From NCBI GenBank assembly GCA_013265495.1, contig MU057521.1, forward strand, positions 1,376,335 through 1,440,334: a DNA stretch of 64,000 nucleotides, given 5' to 3'. The notes under the pieces are model-generated. The model worked only from the letters and a program-made list of their open reading frames with translations. It had not been told where the DNA came from and searched no databases. This stretch comes from Vicugna vicugna. Its lineage: Eukaryota. Shown here piece after piece: positions 1 to 12,403 of the stretch (position 1 is its first letter; each line of letters opens with the position of its first letter). The position numbers and the translations under genes are program-made.

Positions 1-1279
1 AGAACAGGGTTAGCCAAATTGAAAGAGATCATTTTTCCTTAGTGTCATGAAAGCAAGAAGTCTGGTCTGAGCTCTCCTGCAAGGAGTTCAAGCAGGGCCC
101 ATGTCTGCTTTCCTTTATCCTTTATTTCTCCAGTGCTGAACGTCTAGGCCTGGAGAAAAGAAAAAAAAAAAAAAAAGTGTGTCATCAACTAAGCGGTGTT
201 AATTTGCAAAAAGTTTACACTGCTTTTTCTGTCTTCCTCTGATGCTCAGCCACATAAAACATCCGTTGAGAGTCTGCTCGCGGACAGACGCCAGCAAGGG
301 AACTGGATTCAGGCGAAGCAGCAGCCAGATTGATTTTTGAGGCTGTGCTGTTCTCTCCAGAATTACTTCTACGTGAACCAGCCTTCTGGTTCCTGGTCAG
401 CATAGTACTTTCTCATTATTCTTTTTTGTGAAGTGCCATAATTTATGTTCTATAAAACGTGTGAAAGAGGATGGAGCTGGGGTGAAAGTTAAAGAGTAGG
501 GGATGGGGTTAATCCTGTGTGATCTAAAAGCCACTGTGCTCTCAGGACTTGAGGGAGGTGGCCTTTTTATTGGCTTTTGGATTTTTGTATGTGAGTATTT
601 AAAAAAAAGAAAAAGAAAACTTACAACCAAATCAAGTGGTTTCTGCAGAAATGACATGGTTGGACACTTCCCCAGTAGGGAAAATTATCTCCTTTGCACC
701 CAACTTCCTTTTGAAGAGAATGATAGTTCTTCAAAGGGCTCCACAAGTGTATCTTTCAAAATGAATACCCAGTGGTAAGTCTATTTTAGCAATGTAACAG
801 CTCTTAAAGGACAGGGAGGATTATCAGCAAAAACCAGTGAAGGGGGAAAACATACTTGCGGTTTTGTCTTGCGTTAACCATGTTTTAATTTACGTCTTAA
901 ATTATCATCCTGATGACATGATGGTGGTTACCTTACTTACAAGCCCTTTCACCTGGAGTTTGGAGAATTCTGTGTCTAGAAAGTTATTTCATGTGAAAGA
1001 AAGAACAACTTCTCATGATTAACGTGCCGCTAGTTGGCCAGTGACTTGCTTCAGGCTCCTGAGATCACTTAATTGGTTCAGATATTTCTGAGCTGGAGAG
1101 AGAGGTTTATTTGCAGGGCCCACAACAGTTCTTAATGAAAACAAGCTATGTGTTTTTCTGTCAGATCTTTATTGAGGGTCCACTGAGACAAGGAGATTCG
1201 GAAAAGCTTGGAAAACAAGTAGGGATTGGTGCGAGGGAGTGGGAATGGACAACACAAAAAGAATCAGTAATTTGAGAAA

Positions 1280-1515
1280 GTGAGGCCTTCCACGGCCCAC
1301 CCCCTCTAACGTGCACGCTCTTGTTCCCCTTCATCTGCTCACCCACTTCAGTTTGGCCAAGACCTGTGCTTTCGGTGGAAACCTCTCCCTTTCCTGCTTC
1401 TGCACTGTAACGTGCTTCCCCTGGCAGAAGCCACTGTCTTGGCACTGCCCCCTTTTCCAGAGAGCCCAGTTCCTCCTGTGCTTCAAGTTCCAGCTCAAAT
1501 GCTGCTTCTTAAACC
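1280..1515 (+). mobile_element. L2 LINE fragment
   Basis: L2-like motifs such as ttcaagttccagctcaaatgctgcttct. Confidence 0.5.
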
Positions 1516-2974
1516 AGGGTCGCAGGTCAGCTGCCTCGGTGGCCTCTCTCCCTTCCGTGTCCTCGCCAGCCCCTGGTAATTCATCTTGGCATCGTTCTCA
1601 GGGAGCCCAGCATGTTCACACCTGTATCCACAACCGTCTCTAGGCAGCCACGATCAATCGGCAGGAATTTCCATGTCCTTCACCACACCTGATATTTCTG
1701 GTCTTTCCTAAGGCAGCTTAGTCACAGTTTGCTAAGTGAATACATGTTCAGAAGCTCATTCATTCATTCGTCCAGCCATGAGTAACTAGAGGAGCAAGAG
1801 ACCGTATCTCCTGTTTGCTCCCTGACTCACGTTCAGCCTCCACCTCTTCTGTCTGTTCTGGGGAGCAGGGGTTCAGGTGGGGGATGGAAGGACTGCCACT
1901 AGCTGTCCTGGACAGACTTAGGTGTCCTGGGTAGAGGCGGCAGAGATGACAAGTAAGGAGGAGCTTGTCCGTCCAAGTGGCACAGATACACCCAGGCTGA
2001 TGCCTGGGAGCCAAGGGCACTAGAAGGTGAGGGTACCCACCTGACTCCCAGTCACCATCCTCAGTCTCCCATGCCTGGGCCACACCCCAACCTGAAATGA
2101 CTATTCTTGACCACCCACTTCCATCCCGACAGATTTTCTTACCCAATTTTAGTTCCCATCCTCCCCACCCCTCAAACAATGGACAGTCCTCTGTTTCTGA
2201 CTTCCTTCTCTCCTGTTGAAATGCCATCCACTAACTCGTGTTTGACTTTTAGCTAAGTATTATAAGGGCAGGTATCAGTTCACTGATTCTATAAGTTAAA
2301 CGTATTTTATAATTTGGTTATTTGGTAATAATATTCAGCATTCATTGGTGCTAAGAGTCCATGCATTATTTCAAAATATACGAACAGTTCGTTCACTCTA
2401 TGCTTTGTTTAACTTCGAGTTGCTTGCCTTCTTTCTTTTCTGACGGGGCTCATTTGGAAGGACTTCATTCATGAGCCATTCTAAGTAATTTTCAAGCATG
2501 ATTCAGAATGGAACTATTAAATACTGCTTCCCTTCCCGTATCATCATAGACCCAGTTTCTTCCAAAAGCCTAAAGCAGAGCTTGCATTTCCATAAAAAAG
2601 AAAATCACATGAGAAGCATATGGGTTAAATATAAAATAAGTTTTTAAAAAATTCCGAAAGAGCCCAATATAGCTTGGATGATTTGAGTGGATTTGTGTAT
2701 ATTTTTAGTTCTTTTCCTTGGAAGAAAATCTGCGTGACAGTCGGGTGGTTATTATTTGCTAAGTCACATTAAATATTAACGTTAAGCCACGTTCAGTGTT
2801 AGAAACTCTTCAAACGTTCTCATTTAATAAAAATCCTCCTGTCGTGTTGGCCGTCAAATCATACCCTTGGGTAGCCTTCACATAGAATTCCGTCAGTGAC
2901 CTTGTGTTCAGAGACCCATTAAGATCGTTTTGACATCCGGAGGTTATGTTTTTATCAGTGACATCGTAGATGTT

Positions 2975-3125
2975 AATTACCAGGTGCTGGTTAAGTGCCT
3001 CAAGTGTATCTCCTTCCTAATTCCTCACTGAAGTCCTGTGGGCAAGTTCCTCGCCCAGGACCACACAGCTAGTTAGCTACAAAACCACGACTCAGATCCT
3101 GTTGCACAGCCTGTGCCTCAAACCA
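2975..3125 (-). mobile_element. MIR SINE fragment
   Basis: Resembles the MIR core reverse complement (cccaggaccacacagctagttag). Confidence 0.55.
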
Positions 3126-3789
3126 TGGCATCGTCTCGCCAACAGTGGGTGCCAGTGATACTGATTTCATTTGTTTACCACGCGCTGGAGAATCCTCAGT
3201 GTGCTGTGGAATAAGGGCAGACTCTGGCTGAGCACGGGGCGGGGGCCAGGCCAGGCCCAGAAGGATCCATGGGAAGGGACACTAGTGTCTGTGCTGGAGG
3301 TGGCGGCTGCCTTGGCCTCTGAGCCCCCTCTCTTCTGCCAGTTGTCTCAGGAAGTTACTGTTTTCACCATCAGTGATTCTTTTGTGAGGAAAGCTGTTTC
3401 TTCCACATGCCTCCAACTCCCCCCCTTTTTTTTTTGCAAGTGAAATAAAGTTAAAATAAATGGAAGGATGGCCTTGCTGGGGAGAGCTGGCAGAAAGAGA
3501 GCTGAGGGGAGTCAGGAAGGGTGGGGTGGGACGGGGGCAGGGAACAGGCCTGGCTTTGCTTGTATTCCCAGAAGGCTGAGGACTAATGGTACCTATAAAA
3601 GCCTTGAGCCTTCTAAAGGCATCCTGGACAGGCCTCACACACACCCTCCCCCCCTTTTCCTTTTCTCACTTCCCTGTACCAGCCACCAACAATAAGAGGG
3701 CCCTGCAGCACCCACCTCACTGACATGGGGTCCTATTGACTCCCAGGGCCCTCCCTCCCTCTCAGGTCCATTCCCCCAACCATGTAAAA

Positions 3790-4490
3790 CCCTCTGAAAA
3801 GTGGAAAGCAAATTTTAAGGAATTATTGCTTGTAAGCAAGGACAGTTCAGGAACATCCTAATCACCAGGAATTTAAAGGACTTTTTTTTTTGTCCTCCCC
3901 TGCCCACTGCCCCCCCGCAAGAATAATATTCTTGACCTGATCTGTGGATCAAAGAATTCTGAAATGTTTAAATACATCTCTTAGGCAAAAGGGTTTGAGT
4001 TCCATTTTGGAAAAAAAGTAGAAAATAAGGATATAGATCTGATACAATATGTCAAAGATACATTGTTGGCCATGAGGCAAAGATATGGAACGAAATTCTT
4101 AAGAAAAATTTAACACAAAGTCTTGATGTGTAAGATGATGGTTAAAAAAAAAAAAGGTTTTTACCTAAGTTCAGACAAATTCAAGATTCTGACAAGGGAG
4201 AGGGTACGCAACAGTGGATTCACGATGATGACTTGTTGCAAAATAAAATTTTAAATGATGGAGAAATTATATATACCATGACATAAACAGATAAATCTAT
4301 ATGAAGATATTAAATTCCAGGCCATAAATCAATCATGCAGTGGCTAGCCATGCCTTTTGTGCAAGTTTACATGATACTGTAGGACAACAGAACCAATGCT
4401 GTAATAATAAAAAGGTAGAGGAATTATATACCAAAGGGAAAAAAATCACACTTTAAAGCAACTTAAAATTGCTGCTTTGATTAAGTACAC
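3790..4490 (+). mobile_element. Degenerate Tigger/pogo-type DDE transposase fossil
   Basis: Frameshifted translation gives FKELLLV..HPN, FLT*SVDQRILKCL (cf. LIQPMDQG), AKIWNEI (cf. AW motif) and terminal KQLKI, in the order expected for pogo/Tigger/JRK transposases. Confidence 0.6.
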
Positions 4491-5088
4491 ATGGTATGTT
4501 TTCAATTGGAATAGAATGTTTATGGTATAGATGTGTTACTTTTGATTTTTCACTTTGACTTTTTCTGTTACTCGCGAGAGATCCCTCCACCCCGAGGACT
4601 TGCAAGTCACTCTGCTCACTCTTTCTGCTGCGGCTACAGCTCTTCGTTAGTAGTTACTGTGTTGCTTGAAAAAGTCATTTAAAGTTCATATCTTAAACAC
4701 CTTTTTAAACGTAAAACATGTGACTCACATCAACGTTGATTATTTTTCAGCATAGGGACATATGTGTTGGCTGATTGTAGTTTCCTGAGCCTTTTTTACA
4801 TTAACCACACCTTCTTAATTTCCAGTTTCTATTTCTTTAGTGTGGAATGAGGAGTTATAGACATTTGAAGAACAAATTTGAGTGCCACATCCACTCTGCA
4901 TTTTCAGAGTCTCCTTTTTGTGTTTTAACAGTTGCCACCACACACACTGGTTCCGTACATTGTTGATGTCTCCTGTTTTATGTTCAGTGGCTCACATTTA
5001 TTTGGTCCTTGCAAAGCCTTTACTTTAGTATTCATAGAAACATTTCTTTTTTTCTCACACTTACATTTCACAACTTTATAAAAAGACA

Positions 5089-5417
5089 CGGGCAGACCTT
5101 AGAGATATTGCAAGTTCTGTTCCAGACCACCACAATACGGCACATATCACAACAAAGCCAGTCACATGAATTTTGGGGGTTTCCCAGTACACATAAAGTT
5201 ATGTTTACACTACACTGTAGTCTATTAAGTGTGCAACAGCATTATGTCTAAAAAAACAATGTACGTACTTTAACTTAAAAATACTTTATTACTAAAAAAA
5301 ATGCTAACCATCATCTGACAATGCAATGCAGGGTTACCACAAACCTTCAACTTGAAAAAAAAACTCAGTATCTTCGAAGCACAGTAAACCCAAGAGCAAG
5401 AAAACGAGATCCGCTTG
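5089..5417 (-). mobile_element. Internally deleted Tigger1-derived MITE
   Basis: Both Tigger1 termini are present (cgggcagaccttagagatattgcaagttctgttccagaccac... and ...aaaacgagatccgcttg|TA) without the transposase. Confidence 0.85.
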
Positions 5418-7047
5418 TATTTAATTAGAGTTTAATTAGAGTTCCTTATGAGTTGGTTACAAACAGACTCAAGAACGAACTTGGTAACTGGTAGGGGCAG
5501 AAAGACACAGGCATGCTAGAGAATAAACACCTAGCTTGGAGAATGCTGGTGTTATGGGCACCTGTCAGTGTGGCTTTTAGAGGGAATGGAGAATACGGGT
5601 CAGTCTGGCTAGCTGGTGACTGGAATACTAGCTGGCCTTGCCCAAGCTGCTTGGGGACTTAATAGCCAAAAGAGCCCAGCCACTGCCCGTCTAGGAATAT
5701 ACCAAATACAACTCTAGGGGAGGAATAGCATGAGTCACAGATCCTCCCCGTGAATTTCAATTTGTTGCCTATATTTGAAATCTCTTTCCAATGGAATCCC
5801 TGTGCTTTCATCGGCCACTGTGCCCGTCTCAGCATCTCTACAGGTCCCCTGTGGGTGCAGGGAAGGCTCCTGGAATTTCCTGGATGCTGTTGGCATTTTA
5901 GTCAGACTATCTAAAAACTGCATTCCACATTTGGGGGAAATCTCTTCATGGGGAATAGTGACAGAAATGATTTCATTTGTATGAATGATTAAACTTCACA
6001 ATAGAGAAGAAAAAAAGATGAAGTTAACAGTGAGGAACTGTTTTGATGTTCACCTTCCCTGGTCAGACTGAAAGGTCCTGGTGGTGACGCTGAGTGTTGG
6101 GGCTTTTCTGCATCTGCTGGGTTTGTGGCACTTATTTTTGCCTGAGTCATTGCTGGAGCATCAGTCTTTACAACAGAAGAATAAGAGGTAGTAGGTTTCC
6201 TAACATTGTTGAACTATTTGTTTTTCAAAAGACCCACTAATTAAAGACTGGCCAAGTCCAGTCACCCACAAAAAGTGATGATAGAACCCCTGAGGGAGGA
6301 ACACCCCTCCCCCCACTTCAGAAGGAAAGAGTGATTTATAAGATTGTTTTTGGTTGGTTGGGTTTTTTCCATTTTAGTTTCCTGAATCTCTTTTTTTCCA
6401 GGAGTTTTTTGTTTGCTTTTTAATGCTAAGGAAATTGACTGACTTCTGCTAAATACTGAGCCTAGGTGGCCCTATGAACCTCCCGGCAGAGCTTAGGGAC
6501 CTCTTCAGGGAGGGTGAAAAGACCTGAATGAGTGTGGTCAGAGGGAAGGCCGGGCTGAGGTGGGCTGCTGGGTTCTATTAACAACCACCTTCCCTCCGGC
6601 TTTTGCATCCCTTCTTGATACATCTCACCATTGCTGCGCCACTATCTGTGTTTCCTGCGTATCCATCACTCGCGCGCACCCTCTGCAACATCTGAATCCC
6701 GTCTTGATTCTGAAATCCGGGTGTGCTCTCCTGCCAGTGTTCCCTGAACTCCGCGTGGCCAACGACAAAACTGGAGTGTGGCCCACTGCTTGCTTCCCTT
6801 CCCTTGTCTTCTTTCTCACTCCCTTCCTCCTTCTTCGGCTTCAGTCAGGCCCAGTGAGATGACAAATGAACTACCGGGAGTGCCTGATGCATTTTTGGAG
6901 ACGTGGGTGAGGAGGGGCCGCCTGTTAGACAGCTGGGGCGCCAGCGCCCCTCGATGCACTGGGAAACTTCCCCCTCACAAGACCCAAGTTCTCGCCCAGA
7001 ATTGATGACTCACCCTCTGCCTGTTCTCTCTTCCTCTCCCCTTGTAG

Positions 7048-7388
7048 GAAATGTGACTGGAAACAGTAACTCCACGTTTATTTCCAGCGGGCAGGTGATG
7101 AATTTCAAGGGCGACATCATCGTGGTCTACGTCAGTCAGAACTCGCAGGAGGGCCCGGCGGGCACGGGCGGCGGCGCCGGGGAGCCGGTGGGCCGCCCGG
7201 TGCAGGAGGAGAGCCCGCCGTGCTGCGACTCCTTTGCCGGCCTCGGGCCGCGCTTCCCGGACACGTGCACCGGCCTCGAGGTGGGCCCGGGGCTGCAGGA
7301 GCGCGGCGTCCCCGGGCCTGACAAGGCCTCGCGGCCCGTGCAGGAGCAGGGGGAGGCCGAGGCGGGCGCGCCCGGGGCGCGGCGCTGA
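7048..7388 (+). CDS. TNFRSF11A: TNFRSF11A (RANK) terminal coding exon, cytoplasmic tail
   Basis: Pyrimidine tract plus AG at 7046-7047 (ctctcttcctctccccttgtag|ga, phase 1). Translation (G)[35 protein letters not shown]...PVQEES...DSFAG...RPVQEQG...RR* matches the known RANK C-terminus, with the IVVY motif and two TRAF-binding PVQE motifs. TGA at 7386-7388. Confidence 0.97.
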
Positions 7389-7590
7389 GAGGGCGGGGAC
7401 CCACTGCGGTTCACCGCGCCCGTCGGAGCCGTGATGCCGCCGGGCGGGCGCCGACCTGCGGTGCGGGGCTTCCCGCCAGCCCTCTGCGCCGCGCACGTCC
7501 GGAGCCGCGATGCCACCTGGCGGCGCCCGCTGCGCACCTGCTCCTGCGCGGGGCCTGGGCTGGGGGGCGGGGCGGCGGCCACGATCTGAG
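7105..7590. promoter_or_regulatory. CpG island over the terminal exon and proximal 3'UTR
   Basis: Very high GC with dense CpG, against CpG-depleted flanks. Confidence 0.85.
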
Positions 7591-10074
7591 CCTTTATGCC
7601 CCTCCATTCGGTACATCTGAGTCCAATGACCTGGCGTTCTCTATCCACCTTGCTCTAAATAGAATCGGGGACTTTTTTTTTTTTTAAAAAGTACACTTGT
7701 TATTACTACTCACTGACATCCACAGTCGTGTATCAGCTAATTGCACAGATCCACTTTGCCCTCTTCAGTTGCCCCACTTTCTACCTCCTTTTATGGTTTT
7801 TCTCCTTTCCCTTTAACCTCCGCTCCACTCCATTATTATTTCATCAATCTTTTGTCTCTTTATGACACATGACGTTATGCTTGTCCTATTCTATTTGGGT
7901 CTGTATTCCCCCTCCCACATATTTGTATTTGTATTTCTCTTTCTCTCATAACATTTTTCTTGATCCTGGCCCGCTCTCCTTTTTTCCCTTGAAACCTAAG
8001 GATTTTCCTGAAAGTTCTCCTAGAGGTGATGGTCTTCTTTACATATGTTCTTTTGCACCCCTTCTCACAAGTAGATGCCTGTTTTGGTGATGGCTTGGGA
8101 GAGTGAGGGTCTGTACTAAGCACTTTTGGGAAAAGGCTAGAAATGTGAAGCCTGGGGAGAGGCTCAGGGAACCAGGGGAGGGACTTTACGTTTTTGAAAA
8201 TTTTTCTGAGTTCTCATTTTTCTAAAGGGTGAAAAAGAGGAAACTCCATTTTTGCACCTGAATGTTAGTTTGTGTCGGTCTCTAGGCAGCTCTAAGTGGC
8301 AATCTGTCGTCGTCCTCCTTTACCCAGTGGTTCATCCCCACGGGGTGAATGTATGTACCCGTTCCAGCAAAGGCATTCAGGCACTTGTGTCACTAAATCT
8401 CTAAAAATCCAAGTTGTTGCACTTGGCATTCTTACTCTTGGTGTTTCCCTGGAAGAGATGTGGAAAATGAAGAGGATGAGGGGATGGCTCGCACACAAAG
8501 TGAAAAGAAGGGGCCAGGGAAGTTCAGGAAAGAAAGAAAGAAGTTGAAATGTTATTATGCATTTTTTTCATTCTAAATAAAGACAGCATAAATGTGTTTA
8601 GGCAAGAGGCCTTATTTTCTTCCTAAGCAATTGTGTATCTATAATTTAGCTTTGTAGAGGTGGAAAATATTCCTGCTATTTTCCATCCATTTAAATTAAA
8701 AACCAAATCCTTATATTGTGAACTTAAGAAAATTTCTCATAGAGGTGCTTTTCTCTTAGCGTCAGTGCTCTTGTGAGGAAACATACAGCCTGAGTTAGAT
8801 TGAAAGGAATTACCTGGGATGTTCTAGCTGTTGTGGCCAGTGAGTGTTTGTTCTCCTCAAATATTAAAGTTAAATTACCTAAGCACATTAAAATTAATTT
8901 TGCAGACCTGCTAGGTTTTTAAGTGTGCTAATAGTTGTCACTGTCCGGACTTTAATGGCCACAAATCAGCTGAAGGGAATGATCACTGATCACTGGTTTC
9001 TCCCTGTTGGTTGCCTGTCTCTTGGAAACAATGGGATAGTAGCAGTCGATGATGATTTTTAATGGAGGACCAGAGGTAGCTCTATAATTTTTGGGGCTCC
9101 TTGGCTGACATGAAGAACTGCAGGAAATAACTGCACTGCCAGGATGACCCACTGGTGGGAATTTACTGTCTGTGCTGCTCTTTTAGTTAACATCCATCCA
9201 AAGAGAGATGCTAAAAAATGGAAGAAACCATTATACCTCTTAATATGGAATATATTAAACAAAGTATAGTTCGCAAAGTAGAAGGCTGAGCTAAAGACCC
9301 AAGTTTCTACTGTGACTGTCATTGTCTCACTGATACTACTTTGCCTTTCTGTGCTTTCTTTTTTTTTCCCCATAAAAAGGCACTAATGATAATTTTCGAC
9401 ACTTCCCCTACCTAGAGATGACAAAAGGATGCTACAGTGAATGTTAAGGTATCTTGAGCTCCTTAAAAGGTGCTAAATAAATACAGAAGAATCTCCTTTC
9501 AGAAAAAGGTGGTCTTCTTTCTCATACTGATTCCCTATTAATTCTAGATTGATCCAAAGACAATTAAATGATAGGAAATATATAGCAAATATAGGTCTGT
9601 TGTCTGTGTACTATAGAGATGTATATGACAAATGTAAACAGAATGAAATGAAGACAATGATGAAAAACTGTTTGGGGGATGTGGTAAAGAGATTGTGAAA
9701 CCCATATTTGACCATAAAAGGTTTTTTTCCCCCTGATTTGTTTAAACAAAGCTTTTTGTGAAATGGTGATCTGACTTCTTTCTGATCTCTGTGGTGTGCT
9801 GTGGTATCAAATGTTGGTTATGTGTCATGGATGGAACCTTCAACAAGAGTTGGGACAGAAAGTGCCCTGTTTTAACGCTATATCTACTGTTAGTCTCATA
9901 AGAAAATTCTTTAAAACACAAGTTGGCTGTGCAGTAAAAGAGAGTTGAAAGGGAAATGGAGTCTAGTGTTTTCTATCCACGTTTAATTCAGCTATCTGAA
10001 GAAGGAAGAATTAATTTCTTCTCCACCTGTAAGCTCAGAGAGCAGTTTGAATATGAAGTACTGGAACCTCCCTA

Positions 10075-10478
10075 TGGCAGGGCAATCTTGCTGTGTAACA
10101 AGCTACACCAAAACTCAGTGGTTGAAAACAACCGCCATTCATTTAGCTCCCAGTTCTGTGGGTTGGCTGAGCTTGGTTGGTTCTTTAGGCATGAGCAAGC
10201 CCGCATGCAGTCTGCAGGCTCGCTGGCTGGCTGGGGGTTGGCTGGGCTAGACTGAGCCCTCTCTACATGGCCCCTCACTATGCCCAGCAGACTAGCCTGG
10301 CCACCTTCTCACAGTGATGTCTGGGTTCCCAGAGAGCAGTAGAACCATTCTGTTGGCCAAAGCAAGACACAGGGCAGCCCAGATTCAAGGGCTGGGAAAA
10401 CAGTTACAGAGTGACATTGAGAGAGTGGTGGATACAAGGAGGGGAAGACTGGGGCCCTTCTTGCCAGCTCTCTACCAC
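10075..10478 (-). mobile_element. MaLR MLT1-type solo LTR
   Basis: MLT1 hallmarks gctgtgtaacaagctacaccaaaactcagtggttgaaaacaac and cattctgttggccaaagcaag; ends ctaccaca. Confidence 0.75.
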
Positions 10479-11639
10479 AGGGACATTGTTCATAATAAAA
10501 TGGTGCAGGGCAGAGTGCCTCTGGGAGCAGGAGAGGGGCCTCTCCCAGTGCCTAATAAGTGCTTCCTTCTATAGTGACCACATTCCTTTAATGCAGAGTA
10601 CAGTGAATTCTTACAAGTGAGAGACCCTCACATTCATATTTACATATTGAAATTCCTTCCAAATATCCATGTTTGGGGAACTGGGTCTCCTGTACTACTG
10701 CATTTCACTGGCACAGATCATGGAAAAGTGTGGATTTGTAAAGTCAAGAAAACTGGTGAGATCCTTTGGGTAGAGGCACCAACTACATAAACAAATAAAC
10801 GATGTCGTGTTCACCCTTTATGCTGATTCAACAAACTGTGGTAGGTACCAGGCAAAGGGTGAGTTTGAGCAAGAGTACTGTCTTTGTTGGAAGAGGCATA
10901 GTTTTGAAATGTTTATTCTTTGACGGTCTCTGATGGCAGATGACTTCCTTTGGCCATCTAATTTGGGGAGCTATGGGATGTTCTGGGCATGAGTTGCATA
11001 GGCCCCTTTTGGGAGAAGGGATAAAGAATTCAACAGCCTAAACATTCAGTGGATGAGTCATCATTTTTAGTTAGTGTACTTTTGATGTTTGGGCCCTGAG
11101 CATCCCTGAGAAAGGAGATGAAGGTAGCTGGAGAGTCCCAGAGAGTCTAGGGATGTCCTGCAGGGCTAGGGAAGACTGTGGACATTACTCTACTCCAGAG
11201 CACCAGGGAGGCTGCTGGGGAGGGGTTATCTGTGGAATTCCTGACCCCCCAGGACTATGCTGGTAAGCAGACTACCATGCAACTACTAAGCCTTGCCAAA
11301 AATATATGGGCAACTGAAATTGGGCAGGGGTGGGGCCAGCAGTGGGCAGAGGCATGTCAGGTAGTGTCACTGAAGCCAGTCTGTGAGGTACAGGGGAGCC
11401 GCAGATGCAGAAACCCCAGACCAGTACTCTCACAGCAGCCCCTACTAAGGCATTGTCTCCCTTGGTCAAACAGCCCAATATTCCCCAAAGTTTGAAAAAG
11501 AGAAGGATTTACTAAATTTCCAAGTGAGGATGGATGACTAAGTGACCTCTGGTGTGACCCTCTGTGACCTTCTCCACCATGGTTTCTCATGGCTGTTGAG
11601 AGTCTGACTTTCGGTCTCTCCACCTCACTACTCCAGCCA

Positions 11640-12197
11640 AGTTGTTGGCTGCATCAGCAGTTAGTTCCTTCTTATTGCCGAGTAGTATTCCACTAATGGA
11701 TGTACCGCAGTTTATGTAGTCACCTACACTTGGATTCTTTCCAGTTTAGGGCAGTTACAAATAAAGCTGCTATAAAAATTTGTGTGGACATGTGTTTTCA
11801 TTTCTCTTGAGTAAGTACCCAGGTGTGGGATTATGGGATCGTATGGTAAATATATATTTATAAGAAACTGCAAAATTGTTTTCCAAAGTGGCTGTACCAT
11901 GCTGCATTCCTGTCAGCACTGAAGGAGGGTTCCAGTTGCTCCACATCCTCATCGGCACCTGATATTGTCAGTTGTATGTTTATTTCGCTTTTAGCCATTC
12001 TAATAGATGCATAGTGTCTCACTGTGGCTTTAATTTAATTTACATTTGTGAATGACTTCACATCTTTTCATGTGCTTATTTGGCCATCTTTATCTCTTGT
12101 TTGGTGAAGTGTGTATTCAAATCTTTTGCCTATTGTTAATTGGTTTGTTTATTCTCTTACTGTGTTTTGAAAGTTCTTTATATATTCTGGATACAAG
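11640..12197 (-). mobile_element. Old L1 (L1M) ORF2 3' fragment
   Basis: ttttccaaagtggctgtaccatgctgcattcc...ccacatcctc. Minus ORF 11770-11958 resembles the L1 ORF2 C-terminus. Confidence 0.85.
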
Positions 12198-12397
12198 GAT
12201 ATAGAGGTTTTTAGGGCCTTTCTAGTTCAATGACAAAGAAAACATAGAAAAAATGTATATTTAAAGCTCTTACAGCTTTCTGTAAGTATTTACTACTATT
12301 AGTAAAGAATAAAAACATCCCGATTTTTTATTTTATTAAAAAATTAAGTTTTAGGATATGCACCCCAGTAACATTCATTCAGAGTAAGTGTTTCCAC

Positions 12398-12403
12398 AAT
12401 AAA
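12398..12403 (+). terminator. Candidate distal polyadenylation signal
   Basis: AATAAA followed by acttcttttcaca and then GT-rich sequence. A second AATAAA lies at 12308-12313. Confidence 0.45.

Larger units (their letters stand above)
1..7047 (+). other. TNFRSF11A: Last intron of TNFRSF11A (3' part)
   Basis: Lies upstream of the terminal-exon acceptor, has no recognisable upstream RANK exon, and is repeat-rich. Confidence 0.85.

Noticed and set aside
6903..7047. 5' extension of the 161-aa ORF
   Set aside because: Intronic: a clear acceptor lies at 7046-7047 and RANK similarity starts after it.
6975..7648. Long antisense and alternative-frame ORFs (213, 170, 90 and 66 aa)
   Set aside because: Stop-poor shadows of the GC-rich RANK exon and CpG island, with low-complexity Pro/Arg/Ala/Gly content.
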